This document shows, one piece after another, positions 21,020 to 30,875 of a stretch of DNA of 64,000 nt. The translations under genes were made by a program, and so were the position numbers. The notes under the pieces are model-generated. The model was not told the origin of the DNA. It saw nothing but the letters and a program-made list of their open reading frames with translations, and did not search any database. Position 1 is the stretch's first letter, and the number at the start of each line of letters is the position of its first letter. The stretch spans positions 1,728,001-1,792,000 of the forward strand of contig CAWGJT010000005.1 in NCBI GenBank assembly GCA_963822965.1, in the 5' to 3' direction. Origin of the DNA: an uncultured delta proteobacterium. Lineage in GTDB: Bacteria > Myxococcota_A > UBA9160 > UBA4427.

Positions 21020-21297
21020 ATGGACCGGGTGATCCCGTGGCCGCGCCTGCTGGAGCTGATCGAGCCGTACTACCACGGAGGCGAGACCGGCCGGCAGCCG
21101 CACGAGCTGGAGCGGATGCTGCGGATCTACTTCCTGCAGCAGTGGTTCAGCCTGTCGGATCCGCAGGCCGAGGATGCGATCTACGACAGCGAGTCGATGC
21201 GTCGCTTCGCCGGGTGGAGCTGGGGGAGGACAAGGTTCCGGACGAGTCGACGATCTCGCTTCCGGCATCTGCTGGAGAAGCACCAGCTGACGGAGGG
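21020..21297 (+). mobile_element. IS5-family transposase N-terminal remnant
   Basis: MDRVIPWPRLLELIEPYY..GRQPHELERMLRIYFLQQWFSLSDPQAEDAIYDSESMRRF. Confidence 0.85.
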
Positions 21298-21639
21298 GAG
21301 CTCTTCGAAGCAGGGTGCAAAGTTGAACACCGGCAACCTCGGCGGCACCGTGGGCACGCGAGCACAGGCGTTGCGGCCGGGGCCGGAGACCGGGGGTTAC
21401 TGCATGTCAGCGTTGATCGCGGTCTGATCAGCTGCTCCCAACTTCGTCGCGTTCGGCTTCGCTGTTGTTCTCCAGATCCCGAACCTCTACGAGGGTGCCG
21501 TCTCTCTCGACCAAGTGCTTGATGCCACGAGGTGGTACTCCTCATCAGCGCCATGTGGCTCGCCGCAAAGGAACATCCAGTCGCCTCCTCGCGAGCCACT
21601 AGAAGAATGGGCTAGCGGCGAGAAAGACGTGTGAGCACA

Positions 21640-22300
21640 CATATCCGTGAACTTCGGCCACTACTCTAGTTTCGCGACATCGCGAATTCTATCGCGGTCG
21701 ATCCAGCCAGCTTCTTCTGGCGTCTTGGCTCCCTTGCCCGGTTGCAGGTTCTGCACGAAGCAGCGAGGTTGCTCGATTCCGTCTTGCCTCCTTGCGCCAC
21801 GGGGTCTATGTGGTCAACCTCAAACGAGTTGGAGCTGCTTGCCGCATCCTGAGTTGGTTGTCGCAGTATTCGCATCGAGTTGTACCGGATTCATCGGTAG
21901 CTCTCGCTTTTACCTCGCGGCGTTGCGCCGCAGTCGGTTTTCGAGAGGATGTTGCTCTGGAGCTGCTGCTCGATGGGCTGGTCGCGAGGCATTGGGGTTG
22001 GCGGATCTGCCCCCCTTGTGGCGCTTGGCGGACTCGTGTCGCGCCTTCGCCGTCGGGCTCGTGCTCCCCGCTGTTGCAGCTTGCCATCGAGGCCTCCATT
22101 TACCACATCTCCAGCAGTCAGCACACCGTCGATCGCTGTCGGGAGTCAACGGGGAAGTTATTCCTGCATATCCCTCAACCACTTGCACCCCGGTCGCCGC
22201 TTGAACCTCCGCAATCAGCTGGTCGAAGGCCTCCGCCCGTCCATGCTCGGCGGCCCTAGCGATGCGTTCTGCTCGATCCCGCCAGCTTCCGAAGAGGAAG
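21640..22300 (-). pseudogene. HNH nuclease tip of the Rhs fragment (frameshifted)
   Basis: RCEYCD...FEVDHIDPVAQGGKTESSNLAASCRTCNRA. Confidence 0.75.
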
Positions 22301-23270
22301 AGTGACTCCGTCCCGGTCGGGTCCGTGTTCGAAACGGGGTTGTTTCGCGCGTACGCGTAGCCGCTCGCGGACTGGGGATCACTTGGCACGATCAGTGGGT
22401 CCACGCTGACGAACGTTCCCGTCTCCGGGTTCTGCCACCTGGCGTTCATGTAGTAGAGGCCGGTGTTCTTTTCGAGATGATGGCCGGCAAAGATGGTCGA
22501 GTTCGGGTCGCTGCCAACCTGCTGGTGGACGCCTCCAAAGGGCTTGAAGACCGTCTCGCTCTCGGGGGTGCCATCGGACAGCAGGACGACGCCAGTGGTC
22601 TTCAGGTAGTCGTTGAGGAACCAGCGACGACCGACGGGCATCTGGTAGCCGCCCGCTTCTGCAGGCATGGGTGGAGCCGCGAGCAGGAGCGCGAGCATCG
22701 CGGCAGCCAGGGCCGTCGCCGGGTGCCGAGGCGCCATGGGTGTCCACCCGGTTTGTCCGAGCAGCGCCCACAAGACCAGCGCCAGACACGCCACGATCGA
22801 AGCGACCACGATCTGCTGAGGGGGCGAGAGCCCCTTCCAGGCGCCCCCCAGGAAGACGCGGTGCGGAGCGATACGTCACCCCTCTTCAGGGCGATTTCCT
22901 CGCCGAATGTCATGATGTGGAGGTCGGCCCAGTGGTTGCCGCCGCCCACGTAGAGCGTGAAGAGATCGTCTGCATAGAACCGGTCGAGGTCCGCGCCGTC
23001 GGGTGGGGTGCCCACGTAGTGGAAGTCCCGAATCCGCACGCCGTCCACGTCGTAGTCGGTGAGCAGCACGTCGCATGCGTTCGCCGAGGTTCCTTCGCAG
23101 ACGAGTCGGTTCTGCGAGTCGAACGTGAAGAAGCGCTGGGGATCGGCACTCAGGATCGTCGCCAGGTTGCCGTCGTCGTCGTATCCGATACGAGTACGAG
23201 GGTGCCTTCCTCGAGACGGCTCGCGGCAGGCTGCGCCGGGGAGCGGACGGGAGCAGGATCGACTTCGATG
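22300..23270 (-). pseudogene. Truncated Rhs gene: YD repeats, TM hairpin, Rhs-associated core
   Basis: DDDGNLAT, FTFDSQNRL, DYDVDGVR; TGLYYMNARWQNPETGTFVSVDP...YAYARNNPVSNTDPTG. Confidence 0.85.
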
Positions 23271-23600
23271 CAGTCGTTCGGGCGACGCTGAAGCAGCCTT
23301 CGGGCAGGGAACCTACGACTACGAGATCCCGTTCACGACGGCGGTCGCGACGGCGACGAGCAGGGACGGCACGGAGACCCTGACGCGCAGCGGGCGCAGC
23401 ATCACCGACGACGCGCACTACGCCCAGATCGTCGGGGCGACGACCAACCGGGCCAACGCCTTCCCGAAGCCGGGTGCGGCGGTCTACACGGTCCTCAGCG
23501 GCCGGTTCGACACGCTTCCGCGAGCCAAGTAAACCCAGCGGAACGGCGCCAGCCGAAATGTGGTGCCAAGCGCTCTCATCCGTGTCATAAGATCACTCTC

Positions 23601-25163
23601 ATGCGGCTTCGGGCGCTGCTCTGGGCTCTTCTCTTCGCGCTGATGGCTCTCGGCGCCGCCGCGCCCGGCATCGCCCAGCAGCGACCGAACATCGTGCTCT
23701 TCCTCGCCGACGACCTGGGTTGGGCCGACTGGGAGCAGAACGGCGGCCCCTTCGGAAGCAGCTACTACGAGACTCCCAACATGAACCGGCTCGCGCAGGA
23801 GGGCGTGACGTTCACGAACGCCTACGCGTCCGCGGCCACCTGCTCTCCGACCCGCGACGCGCTCATGACGGGACAGACCCCGGCCCGCTCCCATCTGACG
23901 AGCTGGCTGCCCGGATCCGAGGCGCCTTCGAACCTCTCCGACCCGTTGTGGAGCCCCGGCATCGACAGCGGCGCGGTGACCCTGCCGGAGCTTCTCCGCG
24001 CGGCCGGCTATCGGACGGCCCTCGTCGGCAAGTGGCATCTCGGGATCTCGGGCTCGCCGTCGGCCGATCCGCTGCAACACGGCTTCGAGGTGAACTTCGG
24101 CGGGGGCTGGAACGGAACTCCACCGACGTACTTCGCGAACGCCTCGGGGTCGTTTCGCCTGACCAACATGGGCGACGGGACGGCCGCTCCGGGCACCTAT
24201 CTGACGGACCAGCTGACCGACCTCGCGCTCGATCAGATCGACGCCTTCGCGGCGGACGGAGGGCCGTTCTTCCTCTTCCTCTCCCACTACGCTCCGCACA
24301 TCCCGCTGGCGGCGCCGGCGGCGCTCGTCGATCGGTACGCGGCCAAGCCGCCGTCCGGCGGGCAGGACGACCCGGTGTACGCGGCGATGATCGACAGCCT
24401 CGACACGAGCCTCGGGCGGGTGCTCGACGAGCTCGAGCGTCTCGGGCTGCGCGAGAACACGATCTTCATCTTCGCGTCGGACAACGGCGGATCGCCGCTG
24501 GCGACCTCGAACTTTCCCCTCTCGGGCTTCAAGGGTCGGCTCTACGAGGGCGGGGTCCGCGTGCCCCTGATCGTCAGCTACACCGGCGATCCGGCGCTCG
24601 TCCCGGGTTCGGAGCGTGAAAGCCTCGTCGTCAGCCACGATCTCTATCCGACGCTGCTCGACCTCGCCGGCGTCTCCGGCGATCCCATTCACGATGCGAC
24701 CGTCGACGGCCACAGCATCCGGACGATCCTCGAGCAGGGGGACGCACCGTCCGACCCGATCTTCTGGCACCACCCGCACATCTCGCCCTATCCCCTCGGC
24801 GGCCACGGCGGGCGCTACGTCTCGGCGATCCGGGACGGCGATTGGAAGGCGATCTTCTTCTACGAGGATCGGTCCTGGGAGCTGTACGACCTCGTCTCGG
24901 ACCCGGGCGAGAAGGTCGATCTCTCGAGCGCGGAGCCGGCGGTGCTGGAAGATCTGGGCAGCGAGCTCGTGGCCCGGCTCGAGACCACCGGTGCCCAGAT
25001 GCCACTCGACGCTTCGACGGGCCTGCCGGCGCCCCTGCCGGTGCCCGCTCCCGAGCCCGGCGCCACCTTGGAGGTCGAAGCGGCACTCGTCGTGCTGGCG
25101 GGCCTGGCCCGCCGGCGCGGCCATGCGCGCACGCGACGATCGCCCGCCAGCCGACCGGGCTGA
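23601..25163 (+). CDS. Secreted arylsulfatase-family (S1) sulfatase with PEP-CTERM-like tail
   Basis: Signal peptide, PNIVLFLADDLG, CSPTR, GKWHLG, SDNGG, LYEGGVRVP; tail APEPG...LVVLAGLARRR. Confidence 0.92.
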   Translation: MRLRALLWALLFALMALGAAAPGIAQQRPNIVLFLADDLGWADWEQNGGPFGSSYYETPNMNRLAQEGVTFTNAYASAATCSPTRDALMTGQTPARSHLTSWLPGSEAPSNLSDPLWSPGIDSGAVTLPELLRAAGYRTALVGKWHLGISGSPSADPLQHGFEVNFGGGWNGTPPTYFANASGSFRLTNMGDGTAAPGTYLTDQLTDLALDQIDAFAADGGPFFLFLSHYAPHIPLAAPAALVDRYAAKPPSGGQDDPVYAAMIDSLDTSLGRVLDELERLGLRENTIFIFASDNGGSPLATSNFPLSGFKGRLYEGGVRVPLIVSYTGDPALVPGSERESLVVSHDLYPTLLDLAGVSGDPIHDATVDGHSIRTILEQGDAPSDPIFWHHPHISPYPLGGHGGRYVSAIRDGDWKAIFFYEDRSWELYDLVSDPGEKVDLSSAEPAVLEDLGSELVARLETTGAQMPLDASTGLPAPLPVPAPEPGATLEVEAALVVLAGLARRRGHARTRRSPASRPG

Positions 25164-25217
25164 GCGCACTCGCTCCGATCGCGTGCCGAGCGCGCATGGA
25201 GCGAGCCCGCGTGCGTG

Positions 25218-25934
25218 TCACGCGGACAGCGAGGCCAGCACCTCCGGGTCGAAGCGCCAGCGGCCGCGGCGGGTGGGCCGCTCCAGGGCGCGGGCCAGCG
25301 CGCGGAGGAACACGTCCCGCGGCCACTCCCGGGCGCCCAGCGCGGCGGTGTGCTCGGTGTGCACCTGGCAGTCGAGGAAGTCGAAGCCCCACGCCTCGAT
25401 CTGGCGCACCAGGGCCACGAAGGCCACCTTCGAGGCGTCGCTCTCGCTCGCGAACATCGACTCGCCGCAGAAGGCGGCCCCGAGCGACAGGCCGTAGATG
25501 CCGCCCACCAGCTCGTCCTCGTGCCACGACTCGACCGAGTGGGCGAACCCCAGCTCGTGCAGGCGTGCGAAGCCTGCGGCGAGGTCGTCGGTGATCCAGG
25601 TGCCGCGCTGGCCCGGGCGCGGCATCTCCGCGCAGCGCTGCATCACGCGCTCGAAGGCCGTGTCCATGCGCAGCTCGTAGCGGCCCCGGCGCAGGTTCTT
25701 GCGCAGGGTGCGGTTCACCCGCAGCTCGCCGGGCACGAGCACCATGCGCGGATCGGGCGAGAACCACAGGATCGGGTCTTCCTCGTACCACGGGAAGATG
25801 CCGCGCGCGTAGGCCGAGAGGAGCCGCTCGGGCAGCAGGTCGCCGCCGTAGGCGAGCAGGCCGTGCTCGTCCGCCTGGCGTGGGTCGGGGAAGGGCACGG
25901 CCTCGACGATGCGCTGGAGCGCGGCGGGCTCCAT
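25218..25934 (-). CDS. aat: Leucyl/phenylalanyl-tRNA--protein transferase
   Basis: GLLAYGGDL, AYARGIFPW, WFSPDPR, AHSVE, GESMF, DASKVA, DCQ. Confidence 0.95.
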   Translation of the reverse strand: MEPAALQRIVEAVPFPDPRQADEHGLLAYGGDLLPERLLSAYARGIFPWYEEDPILWFSPDPRMVLVPGELRVNRTLRKNLRRGRYELRMDTAFERVMQRCAEMPRPGQRGTWITDDLAAGFARLHELGFAHSVESWHEDELVGGIYGLSLGAAFCGESMFASESDASKVAFVALVRQIEAWGFDFLDCQVHTEHTAALGAREWPRDVFLRALARALERPTRRGRWRFDPEVLASLSA

Positions 25935-26242
25935 CAGCGGGTGACAGCTTGCATTGATCGCTCGTCCGGGATCGCAACGGGGGCTCTGGATCGTACCACC
26001 ACCGGCCGGGGCGCGTTTTCGGGCCTCGGTTGACCGTCGTCGGGCGGCTCGTCTACCCTGCGGGTCGAGGTTCGACCGATACAGGGACGATTTCAGGCGC
26101 TTGCAGGCCCTCGGACCGCCTTCCCGGGTATGCCCGACGTGCTAAGCGCCATTGCCCACGAGCCCGTTCCAGCCTTTCGGGGCCGTTGCGGCTCGTGCGA
26201 GAGCGCGTCGCGAGAGAGGCGCGCGAAAGAGAATCGAAGAGC

Positions 26243-27440
26243 ATGAGCGAGAAGGAACGGCCTTCGCCCAAGCGCGGCCAGGCAACCGATTCCGTGCACG
26301 CCGGCGAGCTGCGGCAGCAGGAAGCGAACGCCATCACCACGCCCATCTACCAGACCTCGACCTTCTGGTTCCGAAACTCCCAGGAAGTGATCGACTACAA
26401 CGAGGGACGGAACGTCCGCGAGGAGTACGGGCGCTACGGCAACCCCACCTGGCGCTCCGTGGAGCGCAAGCTCACCGAGCTCGAGGGCGGCGAGGAGACG
26501 GTGCTCTTCGCGTCGGGCATGTGCGCCGCCACCACCACCTTCCTGGCCATGCTTCCCCAGGACAGCCATCTCATCGTCACCAGCGACTGCTACCGCCGCA
26601 CGCGGCAGTTCATCCAGCAGTATCTGGGACGCCTCGGCGTCGAGACCACCGTGATCGAGCCCGGCGACACCGGCAAGCTCGAGGCGGCCATTCGCGACGA
26701 CACGGCGATCTTCTTCACCGAGTCGCCCACGAACCCGTTCCTGCGCGTGGCCGACATCCCCGAGGTGACGCGCGTCTGCCACGAGCACGGCGTGAAGGTG
26801 ATCATCGACTCCACGTTCGCGAGCCCCACCAACCAGCGGGCCCTCGACCTGGGCGCCGACCTGGTGATCCACAGCGCCACCAAGTACCTGGGCGGCCACA
26901 ACGACCTGCTGGCGGGCACCATCACCGGCAGCCAGCGAGTACGTCGAGCCCATCCGCAAGGCGCTGGGCGTGCTGGGCGGCATCATCGACAGCCACGCCG
27001 CCTGGCTGCTGCTGCGCGGCATCAAGACCCTGGCCATCCGCATGGAGCGCCACAACCAGAACGGCCTCGCCGTGGCGCGCCACCTGGAGACGCATCCGAA
27101 GATCCGCAAGGTGTGGTACCCGGGGCTCGAGAGCCATCCCGACCACGAGATCGCCATGGCGCAGATGAAGGGCTTCGGGGGCGTCGTCACCTTCGAGATC
27201 GACACCGACATGCAGGGCGCCTTCCGCTTCATCGACGCCACGCGCATCCCCTACCAGGCGCCCAGCCTGGGCGGCGTCGAGTCGCTGATCGAGCTGCCCG
27301 TCACCATGTCGTTCTGGGACGTGCCGCCCGAGGAGCGCGCCTCGTACGGCATCACGGATTCGCTGTGCCGGCTGGCCTGCGGCATCGAGAACGCCGAAGA
27401 CCTGATCGCCGATCTCGACCAGGCCCTCGAGAAGGTGTGA
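26243..27440 (+). CDS. metB: Cystathionine gamma-synthase-like PLP enzyme (frameshift near 26937)
   Basis: TPIYQTST, YGRYGNPT, ESPTNP, DSTFASP, HSATKYLGGHND, SLGGVESL. Confidence 0.85.
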
Positions 27441-27482
27441 GCGGGCTGCCCTCGACGTGACGGCCGACGTGACGATCGCGAC

Positions 27483-28325
27483 GTGACCACCGCCACCCGG
27501 GAAGCCGATCTGCCGGCGCGCTCGCCGAGCCCGCTGCCGCTGGTGGTGCCCATCGCGGTGGCGCTGCTGACGAGCGGCGCGCTGGTGGCGCTGGCCTGGG
27601 GCGGCTGGCCGGGGGTCACCGGCCTGAACGGGGCGGAGTTCTGCGAGACGCTCCGGCCCGGGCTCGTCAAGCAGCCCGCCAACACCTTCTCGAACCTGGG
27701 CTTCGTCACGGTGGCGGTGCTGGTGGGCTGGCGGGCCATGCGCGACCTGGCCGGCCGCGGCGGGGCGCCCCGCAACCGCATGACCAGCACCGTCTTCTAC
27801 CCCGCCTTCTACGCCGGGGTGTCGGCCTTCCTGGGGCCCGGCAGCGCCGCCATGCACGCCTCGTCGACGCATTGGGGCGGCCGGGTGGACGTCTACTCCA
27901 TGTACCTGTGGATCGTGTGGGTGATCTGCTTCGCGTGGGTGCGGCTGCGGGAGGGGAGCAAGCGGGACTTCCTCCTCCTCTATCTACCCGCCATGGCGGG
28001 GCTCGCGCTGGTGAACTTCTCGGGCTGGGCCGTGGACTCGAACCTCCTCTTCGGCGCGCTCGTCGTGTCGTCCATCGCGCTCGAGGCCGCCGTCGTCCTG
28101 CGCCGGCCCGATCTGCACGCCGACCGGCGCTTCGTGCTGGGCGCCGTGGGCTGCTTCCTGCTGGCCTTCGGCATCTGGATCCCCAGCCACACGGGCGGCC
28201 CCCTGTGCGACCCGGATTCCTGGCTGCAGGGACACGCCGCCTGGCACCTGCTTTCGGCCGGGTCGGTGGGGCTCCTCTACTGCTACGCTCGCTCGGAGCG
28301 GAGGGTCGTGCCCGCAGGCAGCTGA
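27483..28325 (+). CDS. Ceramidase-like (CREST superfamily) 7-TM protein
   Basis: FCE...QPANTFSNLGF, GSAAMH, D..SM, QGHAAWH. Confidence 0.8.
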   Translation: MTTATREADLPARSPSPLPLVVPIAVALLTSGALVALAWGGWPGVTGLNGAEFCETLRPGLVKQPANTFSNLGFVTVAVLVGWRAMRDLAGRGGAPRNRMTSTVFYPAFYAGVSAFLGPGSAAMHASSTHWGGRVDVYSMYLWIVWVICFAWVRLREGSKRDFLLLYLPAMAGLALVNFSGWAVDSNLLFGALVVSSIALEAAVVLRRPDLHADRRFVLGAVGCFLLAFGIWIPSHTGGPLCDPDSWLQGHAAWHLLSAGSVGLLYCYARSERRVVPAGS

Positions 28326-28382
28326 GCCCGCGCCGGGCACCCGTCCGCGCGAGCCAATCCCAGGACGGAGCAGGAGGGCACG

Positions 28383-29627
28383 GTGGGCGTGAGTAAGGGA
28401 CTCTCGATCGTCGGGCTTCTCTTCTCGGTCGTCTCGCTCGCTTGGATCGCCGCACTCGGGCCGGCGCACGCGGCGCGCGCCGACGAGCCCACGGAGACGC
28501 CCGGGGTGGCCCGACTGCCCGCCGAGCCGGGCGCGCACTGGGTGTGGGTGCCCGACCGGCTGCTGCAGCACAGCATCCTCTTCGACGGCGACACGGGCGT
28601 GATGCTGGGCGCCATCGACTCGGCGGCGACCCTCACCCCGAAGGCTCCGGTGCTGGCGCGCGGCCACTTCTATTCCGTGGACCTGGCCTACTCGCGGGGC
28701 CTGCGCGGCGACCGCATCGACTTCGTCTCGATCTACGACGCCGTCACCCTCGGCTACACGAGCGAGATCATGCTGCCCACCCGCCAGGGGCAGAGCAACG
28801 CCTCGCTCCAGTACGCCGAGCTGCTGGGCGACCGCTTCCTCGCCGTCTTCAACCAGTTCCCGAACATCTCGGTCTCGATCGTCGACCTCGAGAAGAACGA
28901 GTTCGTGCAGGAGATCAACATCGCGGGCTGCGCGGCCATCTACCCCGTGGACCGGCGCCACTTCGCCACCCTGTGCGGCGACGGCACCGCCACCCTCGTG
29001 GCTCTCGACCCCACCGGCCACCAGGCCGGCCTGGTGGCCAGCGAGCCCTTCTTCGACCCGGTGAAAGACCCGGTCTTCATCGCCGCCGGCCGCAACGGCA
29101 CCGCCTGGACGTTCGTCACCTTCAAGGGCCAGGCGCGCACCGTGGACTTCGCGGGCGGCAAGCCCCGGGTGGGCGCCGAGTGGTCGCTGCTCGACGAGAT
29201 GGACCGCCGCGAGAACTGGCTGCCGGGCGGCCTGCAGCACGTGGCCCTGCACGCCCCCACGAACCGCCTCTTCGTCATCATGCACGAGGGCGGTCCCGGC
29301 AGTCACAAGGAGGCCGGCTCGGAGATCTGGGTGTTCGACGTGAACGAGCGCAAGCGCATCGCGCGCTTCCCGGCGCCGAACGTGACGGGCGCCTTCCTGG
29401 CCGCGATGGCGAACGTGGAGCGCGGCGGCTGGATCGATTCCGCGATGCAATGGGGCATCCCCAGCCAGGGCGTGCAGGTGATCGTCGTCAGCCAGGACGA
29501 CCACCCGGTCCTCTTCGCCCGCCACTCGGAGGTGGGCGCCGTGGCGGTGATGGACGCCAACACCGGCGAAACCCTGCGCATGCTGGACGAAGCGGGCCTC
29601 ACCGGCCCGACCATGCGGGTGCCGTGA
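28383..29627 (+). CDS. mauB: TTQ amine dehydrogenase large subunit
   Basis: Signal peptide; YSRGLRGDRIDFVSIYD, NQFPNISVSIVDL, GC..IYP, LCGDG, GSHKEAGSEIWVFD. Confidence 0.85.
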   Translation: MGVSKGLSIVGLLFSVVSLAWIAALGPAHAARADEPTETPGVARLPAEPGAHWVWVPDRLLQHSILFDGDTGVMLGAIDSAATLTPKAPVLARGHFYSVDLAYSRGLRGDRIDFVSIYDAVTLGYTSEIMLPTRQGQSNASLQYAELLGDRFLAVFNQFPNISVSIVDLEKNEFVQEINIAGCAAIYPVDRRHFATLCGDGTATLVALDPTGHQAGLVASEPFFDPVKDPVFIAAGRNGTAWTFVTFKGQARTVDFAGGKPRVGAEWSLLDEMDRRENWLPGGLQHVALHAPTNRLFVIMHEGGPGSHKEAGSEIWVFDVNERKRIARFPAPNVTGAFLAAMANVERGGWIDSAMQWGIPSQGVQVIVVSQDDHPVLFARHSEVGAVAVMDANTGETLRMLDEAGLTGPTMRVP

Positions 29628-29679
29628 CATGCGGCGGCTTCTCTCGTCTTCGCAAGTGTCGGCGCGAGCTGTCTCGGCC

Positions 29680-30225
29680 GTGAGCGTCGACCCGGCCATC
29701 GCCTGGACGCTGCGCGTGGCGCTGGCCGCGCTCTTCGCGACGGCCGCGTTCCACAAGGCGGCCGACCTGGCGGCCTTCGCGGCGACGCTGCGCGACTACC
29801 GCATGCTGCCCGCCGCCGTGACGGGCCTGCTCGCCCCGTGCTTCGCGGCCGCCGAGGCCCTGGTCGCGGTGTCGCTGCTGGCTCCGGGGTGGGCCGGGTC
29901 GGCGGCGGCCGGCGGTGCTGGGCTGCTGCTCGTCTACACGGCCGCCATTGCGACGAACCTCCTGCGCGGCCGGCGCGAGATCGACTGCGGCTGCTTCGGC
30001 CCGCGCGTGCGCCAATCCATCTCGGGCGGCCTCGTCGCCCGCAACGCCGTGCTGGTCGCGGGGGCGTTCGTCGCGGCGCTGCCCGCCGGCAGTCGTCCGC
30101 TCGTCTGGGTCGACGCCGTCACCATCGTCCTCGGGGCGTGCGTCCTCGCGCTCCTCCTGCAAGCCACCAACGCGCTCACGCTCACCGCCCAGTCGAGCCT
30201 GCAACGCCTCCGGAGATCCACATGA
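29680..30225 (+). CDS. mauE: Methylamine utilisation membrane protein
   Basis: LFATAAFHK, NLLRGRREIDCGCFG, RN. Confidence 0.85.
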   Translation: MSVDPAIAWTLRVALAALFATAAFHKAADLAAFAATLRDYRMLPAAVTGLLAPCFAAAEALVAVSLLAPGWAGSAAAGGAGLLLVYTAAIATNLLRGRREIDCGCFGPRVRQSISGGLVARNAVLVAGAFVAALPAGSRPLVWVDAVTIVLGACVLALLLQATNALTLTAQSSLQRLRRST

Positions 30226-30875
30226 CCGAAGCCCTCCTCGTCTCGAACCTGCTGCTCTGGGTGCTGGTGGTGGCGCTCGGCTGCGTGGTCGTCGCCCTCA
30301 CCCGCCAGATCGGCGTCCTGCACGAAAGGGTCGCCCCCGCCGGCGCCCTGGCCGTCCAGCGAGGCCCGGAAGTCGGCGACCCCGCCCCGCGCTTCGCCCT
30401 GGAAACCCTCGGCGGCAGCACCCTGAACTTCGGCGGCGAAGACCGCGAAGGCCGCCGCACCCTGCTCTTCTTCCTCTCGCCCACCTGCCCCGTCTGCAAG
30501 ACCCTGCTCCCCACCCTGCGCCGCATCGCCGGCGAGGAAGGCCTGCGCGTGGTGTACGCGAGCGACGGCACCCCGAGCGAGCACCAGGCCTTCGCGGCCC
30601 GCGAGCGCATCGCCCCGGACGACTACGTGCTCTCGCGCGACCTGGGTCTGGGCTTCGAGGTGTCGAAGCTCCCCTACGCGGTGCTCGTCGACCGCGAAGG
30701 CATCGTCCGCGCCAAGGGGCTGGTGAACACCCGCGAGCACGTGGAGAGCCTGTTCGAGGCCGAGCGGCTGGGGGTCGGATCGCTGCAGCAGTACCTGGCT
30801 GCCGACCACACCCACCACGCCGACCACGAGAGCGGACCCGAGCTCGAGGTGGTGCACGGAGGGGCTTCGTCGTGA
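30222..30875 (+). CDS. mauD: Methylamine dehydrogenase accessory thioredoxin-like protein
   Basis: RQIGVLHERVAPAGAL, FLSPTCPVCK, KLPYAVL, AKGLVNTREHVESL. Confidence 0.92.
   Translation: MTEALLVSNLLLWVLVVALGCVVVALTRQIGVLHERVAPAGALAVQRGPEVGDPAPRFALETLGGSTLNFGGEDREGRRTLLFFLSPTCPVCKTLLPTLRRIAGEEGLRVVYASDGTPSEHQAFAARERIAPDDYVLSRDLGLGFEVSKLPYAVLVDREGIVRAKGLVNTREHVESLFEAERLGVGSLQQYLAADHTHHADHESGPELEVVHGGASS

Larger units (their letters stand above)
12959..25415. mobile_element. Variable Rhs toxin-tip/immunity cassette island bounded by 18-bp direct repeats
   Basis: GATCTGTCGCACCAGGGC at 12959-12976 and GATCTGGCGCACCAGGGC at 25398-25415; lower GC; many minus-strand toxin/immunity fragments. Confidence 0.7.

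Noticed and set aside
12959..25415. Prophage or ICE
   Set aside because: No integrase, structural or conjugation genes detected.
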